From positions 48,583-112,582 of the forward strand of contig JAWOBE010000179.1 of NCBI GenBank assembly GCA_046498185.1: a stretch of DNA of 64,000 nucleotides, written 5' to 3'. This stretch comes from Desulfatiglandaceae bacterium (lineage in GTDB: Bacteria; Desulfobacterota; DSM-4660; Desulfatiglandales; Desulfatiglandaceae). A program made the translations under genes and the position numbers. Shown here one piece after another: positions 47,954-58,490 of this stretch. Below the pieces are notes generated by a model that searched no databases, was not told the DNA's origin, and was given only the letters and a program-made list of their open reading frames with translations. How positions within the stretch are numbered: position 1 is the first letter of the stretch; each line of letters begins with the position of its first letter.

Positions 47954-47983
47954 TTGACAACCGTATGTATTGTTGGATATAGT
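47954..47983 (+). promoter_or_regulatory. Sigma-70-type promoter candidate
   Basis: TTGACA, an 18-nt spacer, then TATAGT, about 95 nt upstream of ATG 48078. Confidence 0.35.
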
Positions 47984-48077
47984 CACTTTGTAGCTAAATA
48001 GTAGCCACTCTATTTTGTCAACCATTCCCCGATTTGTATTGCCCCTGAGAGCCCTAACCAGCAAAGGAGGCCTCTTG

Positions 48078-50675
48078 ATGGATCTTGCCACCGAAATAAA
48101 GCAAATTGTCGGCTCGGAAAACGTCTTCGACGACCGGGTGGAATGTTTGTCTTATTCCAGGGATTTGTCTGTGCACGAAGGAATACCTGATCTCGTTGTT
48201 TTCGCCTTTACCACCGAACAAATTTCCGCGATCATGGCCTTGGCCGATCGCACCAGGACACCGGTGACGGTCCAGGGCTCCGGCACTGCCACGACCGGGG
48301 CATCCCTCCCCGTTGAAGGTGGCATCTTGCTTGACGTTCACAGGATGAATCATATCCTTGAAATCGATAAAGACAATTTCTTTGCCAGAGTGGAACCCGG
48401 CGTCATATGCAACGATCTGAACACGGCACTAAAAAAATACAACCTGATGTTTCCACCCAACCCCGGCAGTGAATTGATAGCCACTATCGGGGGAATGATG
48501 TCAACCAATTCGAGCGGGCATCGCGCTGTTAAATACGGCACCGCAAGGGATTACATTAAGGGCCTTAAGGTGGTCCTGGCCGATGGAACAGTGATAGGAA
48601 CCGGCTTCAAGACCCCAAAATCCTCCTTTGGTTACGACCTGAATCACGTCTTCGCCAGTTCGGAAGGCACACTTGGTGTGATCACTGAAATCATGGTGAA
48701 AATCCAGCCGATACCGGAATACAATGCTCTTGCGCTGGCGATTTTTCACGATCTTTTCGCGGCCGGGAAAGCGGTGACAGATATCATAGGCTCCGGCATC
48801 CAGTTGACCGCCTGCGAAATCCTGGACCATTACAGTCTGAAAGTCGTCGAAGAAGCCATTGGGAAAGACGTCAGCAAAATAGAGGCAATGTTGATTATAG
48901 AGTCGGACGGCGCGGAGGAAACCGTCAAGCGGGATATGGAAAGGATTGGTAAAATATGCGGAAAATATGATGTGCAGGAATTCACCTGGAGCGACGATCC
49001 ACTGAAGGTCGGCGAAATAATGGAGGCCAGGGGGAAACTCGTCCCGACTCTTTCCAGAATCAAACCCGGGAACCGTCTGGTGGCCATATCCGAAGATCTG
49101 GGTATACCGCCGACCCGTATCCCGGAAGTCATCAAGCGCGCGCAGGAGATATCGGACAAATACAACCTTTTGATCACCACGTTCGGTCATATTGGTGACG
49201 GAAACGTTCACACCACCTTCGTGACCGACATGAGAAGCCGCGATGAATGGGAGAGACTCCGACCGGCCGCCGACGAATTGGCCCAGCTGGCCCTCGAAAT
49301 GGAAGGCACCGTCACCGCCGAGCACGGAACGGGGCTTGCGAGAAATCCCTATATAGAAAAACAGCTTGGACCGGCGCTGGAGGTGATGCGCACGATCAAA
49401 AATGCGCTTGATCCCCACAACATCCTGAATCCCGGGAAAATGGGACTCGAAAAAAAGAAATACGATATCTACGATTACTTTGCCTTCAGTACCTTCCTCG
49501 AGCATCCGGAGGGGGTCAATTCCTACGGCGAGGCGGTAGACAACGAGCTCCTTGCTTGTATTTATTGCGGTTTTTGCCGCCTCGGCTGCCCCACCTTCAG
49601 CGTAACCCACAGGGAGTCACGAAACGCCAGGGGTAGGAATGTGCTCGCTTTCAATTTTTTGAATGGTACGGTAGAACCTTCGCGCGAGCTTGCCGAAGCT
49701 TTTTACAGCTGCACCACGTGCCAGGCCTGTACATATTTCTGCCCTGCCCGCGTAAAAGTGGACGAAATTGTGGAGGGAGTGCGCAAAAAGCTTTATAATG
49801 TCGGCCTAACCCCTGAACCGGTGCTTGGCATACGGGACAATATCTTCAAAACCGGCAACGTATATGCCAGTGCCAAAGCGGATAGGGTCGAAATTTATCC
49901 GCCTGTGCTCAAGGAAAAAATCGAAAAAGGCGAACTTAAAGCCCAGGCCGATACGCTTTTGTTCATGGGATGTGTACCCAGCTATCTGGACATGAAAATG
50001 GTGCCCAGCCTGATCAAACCGCTTGAAGCCGCAGGCGTGGATTACACGACGCTGGCCACCGAAGAGGGCTGCTGCGGTTTTCCGCTGTTTCTGATGGGTA
50101 CGGATGAATTCGAACCTCATGCTCAAAAAGTCATCGAGAGAATCAGGGCCACCGGGGCACGTGAGCTGGTAACCCCGTGCGCCGGTTGCTATAAAACCTT
50201 TAAAAAGCTGTATCCTGAGGTTGGAAATCTGGGCATGGAGGTATATCATTCGGTCCACTATCTGCAAAGGTTAATTGAGGAAGGTAAAATTCAGTTCAAA
50301 GACAAGCTCGGTAAGAAGGTAACCTATCACGACCCTTGTGACCTCGGAAGGACTTTCCAGATCTTCGATGAACCGAGAAACATCCTGAACGCAATCCCCG
50401 GTCTTGATTTCGTGGAAATGGCCAGAAACCGACTCCACGCCAGGTGCTGCGGTGGAGGCGGCGGGGTGCTCGCCAACGATCCGGAGCTGGCCGTGCAGAT
50501 GGCCGCGGAACGTGTCCGGGACGCGCTTGCGGTCGGCGCCGAAATCATCGTTTCGGCATGTGCGGCCTGCAAGGACAATCTCAGGAAGGGAGCCAAGGCA
50601 ATTCCCAAACAGGAGCGTGGTAAAATAAAGATTATGGACATCACAGAGATCGTGGCTCAACAGATGGCGGATTAA
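48078..50675 (+). CDS. Fusion oxidoreductase: FAD-binding GlcD/D-lactate dehydrogenase-like domain plus a 2x[4Fe-4S] and CCG-domain (GlcF/HdrD-like) module
   Basis: AGGAGG lies before ATG 48078. It has an FAD_binding_4-like N-terminus. It also contains CIYCGFCRLGCP and CTTCQACTYFCP, plus CCG-type elements (FMGCVPSY, YHDPCDLGR, RCCGGGGG). Confidence 0.85.
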   Translation: MDLATEIKQIVGSENVFDDRVECLSYSRDLSVHEGIPDLVVFAFTTEQISAIMALADRTRTPVTVQGSGTATTGASLPVEGGILLDVHRMNHILEIDKDNFFARVEPGVICNDLNTALKKYNLMFPPNPGSELIATIGGMMSTNSSGHRAVKYGTARDYIKGLKVVLADGTVIGTGFKTPKSSFGYDLNHVFASSEGTLGVITEIMVKIQPIPEYNALALAIFHDLFAAGKAVTDIIGSGIQLTACEILDHYSLKVVEEAIGKDVSKIEAMLIIESDGAEETVKRDMERIGKICGKYDVQEFTWSDDPLKVGEIMEARGKLVPTLSRIKPGNRLVAISEDLGIPPTRIPEVIKRAQEISDKYNLLITTFGHIGDGNVHTTFVTDMRSRDEWERLRPAADELAQLALEMEGTVTAEHGTGLARNPYIEKQLGPALEVMRTIKNALDPHNILNPGKMGLEKKKYDIYDYFAFSTFLEHPEGVNSYGEAVDNELLACIYCGFCRLGCPTFSVTHRESRNARGRNVLAFNFLNGTVEPSRELAEAFYSCTTCQACTYFCPARVKVDEIVEGVRKKLYNVGLTPEPVLGIRDNIFKTGNVYASAKADRVEIYPPVLKEKIEKGELKAQADTLLFMGCVPSYLDMKMVPSLIKPLEAAGVDYTTLATEEGCCGFPLFLMGTDEFEPHAQKVIERIRATGARELVTPCAGCYKTFKKLYPEVGNLGMEVYHSVHYLQRLIEEGKIQFKDKLGKKVTYHDPCDLGRTFQIFDEPRNILNAIPGLDFVEMARNRLHARCCGGGGGVLANDPELAVQMAAERVRDALAVGAEIIVSACAACKDNLRKGAKAIPKQERGKIKIMDITEIVAQQMAD

Positions 50676-50814
50676 TCAATCGAATACCGTTTTTTGAGCG
50701 CCATGTCTCTATTTCAACCGCGACGCCGATAGGAAAACAACAAATCTTCAGCCAGGAGGGTCAATACTGCCGTTCGCTAATTCATGAAGGTTTATATCCG
50801 ATACGGGGAAAAAA

Positions 50815-52056
50815 ATGAATGAACAAAAGAAAATTACCCGAAAAAAAATAGCCGCGGCCGAGGTCTGCAAAAAAATTATGGCTGATCATTTTTACGAAAT
50901 GGATGAGGCCGCAAGGACAGGTTCAAAAAAAATCGCATGGTGCACAAGCGTTGGACCGGCCGAACTTCTCCGGGGCATGGGTTTCCTCGTCTATTATCCC
51001 GAAAATCACGGCGCTATGCTGGGAGCAACGCGAATGGCTACAGACCTGATTCCATATGCCAATGCGCTCGGCTATTCCCCTGATATCTGCTCCTACCTGA
51101 CCTGCGACATCGGGTCGTATCTGCAAAAAAAAACCCCACTCAAAATGGCTTACAACATCGAGTCGGTGCCCCGGCCGGATGTGCTCGTTTATAACACCAA
51201 TCAGTGCAGGGACGTTCAGGATTGGTTTGCATGGTATTCGAGGGAGCTAAATGTTCCGCTTATCGGAGTACACACCCACAGGGACATAGGAGATGTCGGT
51301 CCCGCCCAGATAAAAGACATAGCGATACAGATAGAAGACCTGGTACCGGAGCTGGAAGAAATCAGCGGGGAAAAGTTCGATATGGACCGGTTCAAAGAAG
51401 CCGTAGGTTATTCCAGGCGCACATCCGAACTCTGGAGGGCCTGCCTGGAGACGGCTGCCGCAGTTCCTTCCCCGTGGACATTTTTCGACGCCACCATCCA
51501 TATGGGGCCGGCCGTAGTCGCGAGAGGCACAAAGGAAGGGGTCGATTATTACGAAATCCTGCTCCCGGAACTGGAACAGCGTGCCAGGGACGGAGTGGCC
51601 GCTGTTGACGGGGAAAAGCATCGCCTTTACTGGGAAGGTATGCCGATCTGGGGGAAACTCCGATCACTCTCCGAACAATTTTATTCCCTCAAAGCCTGTG
51701 TCGTAGCGTCGACCTACTGCAATAGCTGGATATTCGATCAACTCGACCCTGAAAAGCCTTTTGAAAGCATGGCCGTAGCATATACTGAATTATTTATCGT
51801 CAGAGACGAACCTTTTAAGGAAAAATACATCTATGATTGTTTTAAAAAATTTAAGTTTGATGGGATTGTTTTTCATGATGCCAAGACGTGTCCAAACAAC
51901 TCAAATAACCGCTACGGCATGCCTGAACGTCTCACCGGAAAATTGGGAATTCCGACCTTAACCATCAACGGAGATCTATGTGATCTGAGATGTTATTCCG
52001 AAGAGCAAACCAGAACGAACATCGAAGCATTTATTGAACAACTTGAAGGGATCTGA
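50815..52056 (+). CDS. 2-hydroxyacyl-CoA dehydratase / benzoyl-CoA reductase BcrC-BadD-HgdB family subunit
   Basis: 413 aa with the family-typical pattern (IAWCTSVGPAELLRGMG...YLTCD...CPNNSNN). Confidence 0.7.
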   Translation: MNEQKKITRKKIAAAEVCKKIMADHFYEMDEAARTGSKKIAWCTSVGPAELLRGMGFLVYYPENHGAMLGATRMATDLIPYANALGYSPDICSYLTCDIGSYLQKKTPLKMAYNIESVPRPDVLVYNTNQCRDVQDWFAWYSRELNVPLIGVHTHRDIGDVGPAQIKDIAIQIEDLVPELEEISGEKFDMDRFKEAVGYSRRTSELWRACLETAAAVPSPWTFFDATIHMGPAVVARGTKEGVDYYEILLPELEQRARDGVAAVDGEKHRLYWEGMPIWGKLRSLSEQFYSLKACVVASTYCNSWIFDQLDPEKPFESMAVAYTELFIVRDEPFKEKYIYDCFKKFKFDGIVFHDAKTCPNNSNNRYGMPERLTGKLGIPTLTINGDLCDLRCYSEEQTRTNIEAFIEQLEGI

Positions 52057-52829
52057 TGGCTGAACAGATTTTCGCAGGAGTTGATGTCGGCGCATCTCGC
52101 ACCAAAACAGCCGTTGTCGATGCCGATAAACGGCTTCTCGGGTACTGCGTATTGAAATCCGGCACCCATTTCGAGGCAAGTGCCGCATTAGCGCTGAAAA
52201 AAGCCCTTGAAATGGCAAACGTTTCCGAAAAAGCGATATGCCGTTGTGTTGCCACCGGTTACGGACGGAGAAATGTAGCGGCCGCCGACAGCACTCACAC
52301 CGAAATCGGCTGTCATGCCAGAGGCTGTTATCACTATTTCCATACCGCCCTTACTATAGTGGACATCGGCGGCCAGGACAACAAGGTTATCACCATAGAT
52401 GAAAACGGACGCCGACTCGGTTTTAAAATGAACCGCAAATGCGCCGCCGGCACTGGAGCGTTTCTGGAAGAGATGTCCGCGAGGCTCGAAATACCTCTCG
52501 AAGAAATGGATCGGCTGGCGCGCTCCGCGACTGAAACAGTGGAACTCGGCAGTTACTGTACGGTTTTTTCGGCGACCGAGGTGCTTGAGAAAATCCGCCA
52601 GGGTGCCGGGGTGCCGGGGATAGTAAAAGGGCTTTTCCTGTCGGTGATCAAGAGGATCATGGAAATGCACCCCCTCACCGGGAATGTCGCAATGACCGGA
52701 GGAGTTGTATCGCACAACCCTTTCCTGGTCACTATGGTTGCGGATATGCTCCACAAGGATATCATGGTTCCGGATCACCCGCAGCTCACCGGCGCGGTGG
52801 GAGCGGCGTTGATCGCGATGGACCGGTGA
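52056..52829 (+). CDS. Dehydratase activase (BcrA/BadF/HgdC ATPase family)
   Basis: Contains GVDVGASRTK, NRKCAAGTGAFLE and SYCTVF (bridging-cluster Cys). Its start overlaps the upstream gene's stop codon (ATG 52056 against TGA 52054-52056). Confidence 0.85.
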   Translation: MAEQIFAGVDVGASRTKTAVVDADKRLLGYCVLKSGTHFEASAALALKKALEMANVSEKAICRCVATGYGRRNVAAADSTHTEIGCHARGCYHYFHTALTIVDIGGQDNKVITIDENGRRLGFKMNRKCAAGTGAFLEEMSARLEIPLEEMDRLARSATETVELGSYCTVFSATEVLEKIRQGAGVPGIVKGLFLSVIKRIMEMHPLTGNVAMTGGVVSHNPFLVTMVADMLHKDIMVPDHPQLTGAVGAALIAMDR

Positions 52830-52884
52830 CAGGCCGACCTTCACCGGCGAAAACGCCAACCTCTGGACAAGGAGGACTGTTGCA

Positions 52885-54465
52885 ATGACCGCAAGTAAAT
52901 GGATGCATGTAGGTACCGTCCTTAAAATGAACGCTGTCAACTATCCACATAAGCTGGGTTGGCAGGACAAGGTCCAGGAATACACGTTCGCCCAATGGAA
53001 CGAAAGGGCTTGCCGACTGGCCGACGGGCTGAAAACCATCGGTGTCGGTCATGGAGACAATTTTGCAGCGATCGCGTTCAACCGCGGGGAATGGATGGAT
53101 ATGTACGCAGCCTGCGCAAAAGGCGGTCAAGTTATCGTTCCCATAATGTTCCGGCTTGCGGCGCCTGAAATCGAATATATCGTAAACCACTCCGAATGCA
53201 AGGCATTCGTAGTCGAAGCACCATTTGTGGAAATGATAAACGGTTTGAAAGACAAGCTCCCGATACCTGAAGACGCCTATGTCTTTCTCGGCGACGGTCC
53301 TGCCCCCGAAGGCTATGTGCACTATGAAGAACTTCTGTCTCGGTCTTCACCGGAAGAGCCTGATTCGATCGTGGATGCCGCGGATCCCTGGACAATCATG
53401 TACACTTCCGGCACAACCGGGAAACCCAAAGGCGTCGTGAGAACACATGAAAGCTACATAGCCCAGTACATGCTCAACGATGTGAATATGGGCGTGCTGC
53501 CTTCGGACAAGGTGATGCTGGTCATGCCCATGTGCCATGTAAATTCGATATTTTATTCGTTTCCCTACACCCTTGTCACCGCCCCGGTATTCATCTATAA
53601 TATGATTAGTTTCGACCCCAGAGATCTCCTTGAAACCATCGAGAAGTATCGCATCACCTTTACATCGCTTGTGCCAACACATTACATCATGATGCTCGCC
53701 CTTCCCGATGATGTAAAAAAGAACATAGACGTCTCAAGTATTCGTCAATTGCTCATTTCTTCGGCCCCGGCCAGAAAAGAACTTAAACTGGCAATCATGG
53801 ACTATTTCAGGAACGCCGAATTGTGGGAAGCATACGGAAGCACCGAAGGAGGGCTCGTAACCTTGCTCCGGCCGGAGGATCAGTTCAAAAAACTGGGTTC
53901 GATCGGGAAAGAAATCTTCGGAACCGACAGAATCCGCGTCCTGGATGCGGAAAGGCGCGAAGTACCCGATGGAGAAGTCGGGGAGTTGTTTTACCGCACC
54001 CCTATGCTGTTCAAAGAATATCTGAAAGATCCTGCCAAAACCGCTGATGCCTTCGATAAAGGCTGGTCTTCCGCCGGCGATATGGTGAGGAGGGATGAAG
54101 ACGGCTTCTATGTCCTTGTGGACCGAAAGGCCAACATGATCATCACGGGCGGGGAAAACGTCTACCCCTCGGAGGTGGAAAACGTTCTGGCTTCTCACGA
54201 GGGCGTCAGAGATGTGGCTGTCATCGGGATCCCTGACGACAAGTGGGGGGAAGCGGTCAAGGCTGTCGTCGTGCTTCATGAAGGTTTTGAAAAATCCGGG
54301 GAGCTTGCGACCGAATTGATGGAATTCACCCGCAGCAGGCTGGCCAGGTTTAAATGCCCCAAAAGCGTTGATTTCATAAGCGATGAAGATATGCCGAGAA
54401 CACCCACCGGCAAAATTTTACACCGGATACTCCGAGAACGTTATGGCCGCTGGAGCGACCAATAA
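52885..54465 (+). CDS. AMP-forming acyl-CoA ligase
   Basis: Contains YTSGTTGKPKGV, GDMVRRDEDGFYVLVDRKANMI and PRTPTGKI. Confidence 0.85.
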   Translation: MTASKWMHVGTVLKMNAVNYPHKLGWQDKVQEYTFAQWNERACRLADGLKTIGVGHGDNFAAIAFNRGEWMDMYAACAKGGQVIVPIMFRLAAPEIEYIVNHSECKAFVVEAPFVEMINGLKDKLPIPEDAYVFLGDGPAPEGYVHYEELLSRSSPEEPDSIVDAADPWTIMYTSGTTGKPKGVVRTHESYIAQYMLNDVNMGVLPSDKVMLVMPMCHVNSIFYSFPYTLVTAPVFIYNMISFDPRDLLETIEKYRITFTSLVPTHYIMMLALPDDVKKNIDVSSIRQLLISSAPARKELKLAIMDYFRNAELWEAYGSTEGGLVTLLRPEDQFKKLGSIGKEIFGTDRIRVLDAERREVPDGEVGELFYRTPMLFKEYLKDPAKTADAFDKGWSSAGDMVRRDEDGFYVLVDRKANMIITGGENVYPSEVENVLASHEGVRDVAVIGIPDDKWGEAVKAVVVLHEGFEKSGELATELMEFTRSRLARFKCPKSVDFISDEDMPRTPTGKILHRILRERYGRWSDQ

Positions 54466-54519
54466 ACAGGTATCAACTTAAACTTTAAGTAAACCCAAAA
54501 CAGGAGGATGATTTCAGTT

Positions 54520-55716
54520 ATGTTGACCAAGGCGTTCATTCCATACCGGGGCTATTACTCCTCACCGTTCTGCCGCTGGCAGGGTAGCATGCAAAATGAC
54601 AACTCTATCGTTCTCGGCGCTCAGACCGCCGCACGCTGGATCAATGCCCGGAATATAGACCCAGCGGTTCTTGATTACTGTTACTTTGGCATCACCGTCG
54701 GGCAGCCGGATCTTTTCTACAGCCATACTTGGGCTTCAGGTATGCTGGTCGAAGGTAAAAAAAACTTGCCTGCATTAATGATAAATCAGGCCTGCACGAC
54801 TTCGGCGACCTGCATTCATCTGGCTGCATTACAGATAGAAACCGGACATTTCGAAACAGGTTTTGCGCTGATGACCGACAGATGCTCCAACGGTCCCCAC
54901 ACAATCTGGCCCAACCCCCTTGGACCCGGCGGCCAGGTGACCTCCGAAAACTGGATGATGGACCACTTCAACAATGATCCCTGGGCTGGTTTGAAAATGG
55001 TGCAAACCGCAGAGAACGTCGCCAAGGAAGTAGGCACAACCAAAGAAGAATGCGACAGGGTGACGCTCAGGCGCTATCAACAATACCAGGACGCCCTGGC
55101 AAACGAACGGGCCTTTCAAAAGGGCTACATGTTTCCAGTCGAGGTCACTGTCACGAGAAAAAAAACGAAACTTGTCGAGGAGGACGAAGGTGTCACCGAC
55201 ACCACTGAAGAAGGATTGAAGAGGCTTAAACCGGTAGAACCCGGCGGCGTAATATCCTTCGGCGCCCAAACCCATCCTGCAGACGGCAACTGCGGAGTGA
55301 TCGTGACCACCAAAGAAAAGGCCGCCGAGTTAAGTATCGACGACGCCGTCCAGATTCAAATTGTCTCCTATGGTTTCTCACGCGAAAAGAAGGGCTACAT
55401 GGCAGCAGCACCCGTGCCGGCCGCCCAAATGGCTCTCAAAAACAGCGGGTTGAGCATCAGGGACATAAAAGCTATAAAAACACATAATCCTTTTGTAATA
55501 AACGACATTAACATGGCCATAAAATTGGGGGCTGATGTTATGGCCATGAACAATTACGGCAGCTCGATCGTGTATGGGCATCCCCAGGCACCGACCGCAG
55601 GAAGGCTTATTATCGAACTTATCGAGGAATTGGTGCTCGCCGGTGGAGGCTACGGTATGTGGGCCGGCTGCGCTGCCGGAGATACAGCTGCAGCAATAGT
55701 TTTCAAAGTGGGATAA
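54520..55716 (+). CDS. Thiolase-family protein
   Basis: Contains INQACTTSATCI (nucleophile Cys region) and a C-terminal GCAAGD. I prefer ATG 54520 because AGGAGG abuts the earlier ATG at 54508. Confidence 0.75.
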   Translation: MLTKAFIPYRGYYSSPFCRWQGSMQNDNSIVLGAQTAARWINARNIDPAVLDYCYFGITVGQPDLFYSHTWASGMLVEGKKNLPALMINQACTTSATCIHLAALQIETGHFETGFALMTDRCSNGPHTIWPNPLGPGGQVTSENWMMDHFNNDPWAGLKMVQTAENVAKEVGTTKEECDRVTLRRYQQYQDALANERAFQKGYMFPVEVTVTRKKTKLVEEDEGVTDTTEEGLKRLKPVEPGGVISFGAQTHPADGNCGVIVTTKEKAAELSIDDAVQIQIVSYGFSREKKGYMAAAPVPAAQMALKNSGLSIRDIKAIKTHNPFVINDINMAIKLGADVMAMNNYGSSIVYGHPQAPTAGRLIIELIEELVLAGGGYGMWAGCAAGDTAAAIVFKVG

Positions 55717-55762
55717 CAACCTGCCTGCATACAAGCAGATACCGGATATAGATTTCAAATTA

Positions 55763-55795
55763 AGGCCCCCGGGTTCTACCCGGGTGGCCTTTTCT
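55763..55795 (+). terminator. Rho-independent terminator after the thiolase gene
   Basis: AAGGCCCCCGGG-TTCTA-CCCGGGTGGCCTT followed by TTCTG. Confidence 0.6.
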
Positions 55796-55805
55796 GTCTG
55801 TTGCG

Positions 55806-55834
55806 TTGACTCTCAAGGGCTAAACTCTTATGGT
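55806..55834 (+). promoter_or_regulatory. Sigma-70-type promoter candidate for the Na/Pi transporter gene
   Basis: TTGACT, a 17-nt spacer, then TATGGT. Confidence 0.35.
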
Positions 55835-55962
55835 ATCTACATCCAGGCTGGATTCAGCTATCCGCCTCTCGCGGGCGGTTATTCATCTGTGATTGTTTCC
55901 CTGTGTGCGATGGTCAAAAATTGTAACAAAAAAGTATAAAACGCAGGACGGCATTAAGAACA

Positions 55963-57636
55963 ATGAAAGAAGTAGCGTTCCAGGCATTGGGTGGTCTCGG
56001 CCTATTCCTGTTCGGGATGAAAATTATGTCCGAAGGGCTGCAGAAGGTTGCGGGCAGGAAGATGCGCCGGATACTCCAGATGGTTTCAAACAACCGTTTC
56101 GTAGGTTTCGGTGTCGGGGCCTTAGTAACAAGCATCATTCAGAGTTCTTCAGCCACTACGGTAATGTTGGTCAGTTTTGTCGATGCCGGTCTCATGACCC
56201 TTCGCCAGGCGGTAGGGGTAATTTTGGGAGCGAACGTCGGTACAACGGTGACCGCGCAGCTAATCGCCTTCAACATCCAGGAATTCGCTCTCCCCGCCAT
56301 TGCGCTGGGAGTTGCGCTCAAATTTTTTCTCAGCGGCCGTAAATGGTCATATGCCGGTGACGTACTACTGGGATTCGGCCTCGTTTTTTTCGGCCTGGCA
56401 ACAATGAAAGCAGGCTTTGCTCCGCTCCGGGGAAATGAACTGTTTATATCCTTTTTCACCAAATTCCAGGCTGACTCGCTGCCAGGAATCATGTTGTGCA
56501 TACTGGCAGGAAGCCTCATCACAATGATTCTTCAAAGTTCGAGTGCAACGGTTGGGCTTACGATGGCTCTGGCATCCCAGGGGTTCCTGGATTTCAGCAG
56601 CAGCACCGCGTTGATTCTAGGAGACAATATCGGCACCACGATTACGGCCCAACTGGCGAGCCTGGGGGCCAATACCAATGCGAGGCGCGCTGCTAATGCA
56701 CATACGTTGTTCAACGTCGTCGGGGTGGTGATAATCGTCGCAATTTTACCCATTTTTCTTGATCTTGTCGAAGTTTTTACGCGCGCGGTTTCGGATCTCG
56801 GCCCCCCGGACATGATGGTTGACGGTCAAAGCGTGAACATTTCTCGCTATATCGCCAATTCCCATACATTGTTCAACGTGGTAGCCACCGTGATCTTCCT
56901 GCTGCTTCTACCGTATTTGGTAAAAGTCTCGGAGATGCTGACCCGAGAAAAAACCCAGCCAATTATGGAAGAAATACATAAAATCAAATACATAGATTCA
57001 AAATTCATTCATACACCTGACGTAGCTCTTGCCAAGGCCCGGGCGGAAATCAAGCGCATGGGAGACGCGGTGCAGGTGATGTTCAGGGACGTAGTGCAAT
57101 CTATCAGGGACAGAAGGGTCAAGGACCTGGACAAATGGAAAAAAAGAGAAGACGCGATAGACAATCTTCAACGGGAAATCACGCAGTTCCTGGTACACGT
57201 GATGCAGAACCCCATCAGTCCCGAGGAATCAAAAGAAGTTTCCTCACAGATGCGAATCGCGAACAACCTCGAACGCACCGGTGATGCGATCGAGAATATC
57301 GCTTATCTCGGAGAAGATCTTATAGAGCAAAATCTTTACTTCTCAGAAGATGCACTGGAAGAATATGATCGCATTTCAAGCGAGGTAAGCAAATTTATGA
57401 TGATGGTAGTGGAAGCAATCGAGCTAGGCGAAACGGAAATGATGAAAGTGGCCGAAGAACTGGAAAACAGCATCGACTCGATGCGGGAAACCATGAAAAA
57501 CAACCATGTCGCCCGTCTGCGGGATGCATCGTGTTCGGTGGATTCCGGCTTGATATTTCTGGACATGCTTTCTGCGTTCGAAAAAATGGGCGATTATTGT
57601 TACAATATAGCCCAGTCGCTGTCAGGGGTAAAATAG
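55963..57636 (+). CDS. Na+/phosphate cotransporter family protein with C-terminal PhoU-like domains
   Basis: Has the repeated QSSSATT / LQSSSATVG motifs of the NptA family and a helical PhoU-like tail. Confidence 0.85.
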   Translation: MKEVAFQALGGLGLFLFGMKIMSEGLQKVAGRKMRRILQMVSNNRFVGFGVGALVTSIIQSSSATTVMLVSFVDAGLMTLRQAVGVILGANVGTTVTAQLIAFNIQEFALPAIALGVALKFFLSGRKWSYAGDVLLGFGLVFFGLATMKAGFAPLRGNELFISFFTKFQADSLPGIMLCILAGSLITMILQSSSATVGLTMALASQGFLDFSSSTALILGDNIGTTITAQLASLGANTNARRAANAHTLFNVVGVVIIVAILPIFLDLVEVFTRAVSDLGPPDMMVDGQSVNISRYIANSHTLFNVVATVIFLLLLPYLVKVSEMLTREKTQPIMEEIHKIKYIDSKFIHTPDVALAKARAEIKRMGDAVQVMFRDVVQSIRDRRVKDLDKWKKREDAIDNLQREITQFLVHVMQNPISPEESKEVSSQMRIANNLERTGDAIENIAYLGEDLIEQNLYFSEDALEEYDRISSEVSKFMMMVVEAIELGETEMMKVAEELENSIDSMRETMKNNHVARLRDASCSVDSGLIFLDMLSAFEKMGDYCYNIAQSLSGVK

Positions 57637-57647
57637 TGGGCCGGCCC

Positions 57648-58487
57648 ATGAAACCAACCAAAGGATCGACAGCGATCGGCTACGGACCCAACTTTGAACC
57701 ACCGGCGAAAGAAATGCTTGAAAAGCTTTACCGGCTATATAACTCCAGGCAATGGGTGCATCCGGATCCACTTGAATTTCTGTATAATTATGAAAATCCC
57801 GAGGACCGGGAAATCGTCGGGTTCATTGCGTCCTCGCTGGCTTACGGGAGGGTGGCCCAGATACTTGTCAGCGTCGGCAGAGTCCTGGACCCTATGGGGC
57901 GGAGACCCGCACGGTTTCTTGATGAAAGCCTTCCGGAACAGCTGATCCCCAGGTTCGAATCATTCGTACATCGTTTCACCACCGGATTCGACTTGACCTT
58001 GATGCTGACCGGCCTCAAGAGAGTGAGGGAACGCTTCGGCTCTCTTCAAAACTGCTTCTTGAGCGGCTATTCTCGATCCGACGACACGGTTATCCCGGCA
58101 TTGAATCTGTTGATATCGGAAATCGGAAAAACCCCCGACGGCCGGTGCCGCCGTAACAGTCTCCTGCCTTCGCCTGATAAGGGAAGCGCCTGCAAAAGGC
58201 ACCACCTTTTCCTGCGCTGGATGGTCAGAAGCGATATTGTTGATCCGGGGGGCTGGGAGGCGGTGAGCCCCTCGAAGTTGATCATTCCGCTGGATACACA
58301 TATGTACCGGATCTGCTCCTCCTGGGGTTTCACAGAACGCAAAAGCTCCGGGGGGGCCGCTGCCCTGGATATTACCCGGGCCTTCAGAAAGATCACGCCG
58401 GAGGACCCCGTCCGATATGATTTCGCATTAACGAGGCTTGGGATAAGAAAAGACCTGGATGCGCAAATCCTTTTTTGCGGGAGGTAA
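57648..58487 (+). CDS. TIGR02757 / DUF2400 family protein
   Basis: Contains GSACKRHHLFLRWMVRSD...IIPLDTHM. The start is ATG 57648, because the track extension overlaps the upstream gene. Confidence 0.7.
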   Translation: MKPTKGSTAIGYGPNFEPPAKEMLEKLYRLYNSRQWVHPDPLEFLYNYENPEDREIVGFIASSLAYGRVAQILVSVGRVLDPMGRRPARFLDESLPEQLIPRFESFVHRFTTGFDLTLMLTGLKRVRERFGSLQNCFLSGYSRSDDTVIPALNLLISEIGKTPDGRCRRNSLLPSPDKGSACKRHHLFLRWMVRSDIVDPGGWEAVSPSKLIIPLDTHMYRICSSWGFTERKSSGGAAALDITRAFRKITPEDPVRYDFALTRLGIRKDLDAQILFCGR

Positions 58488-58490
58488 ATA

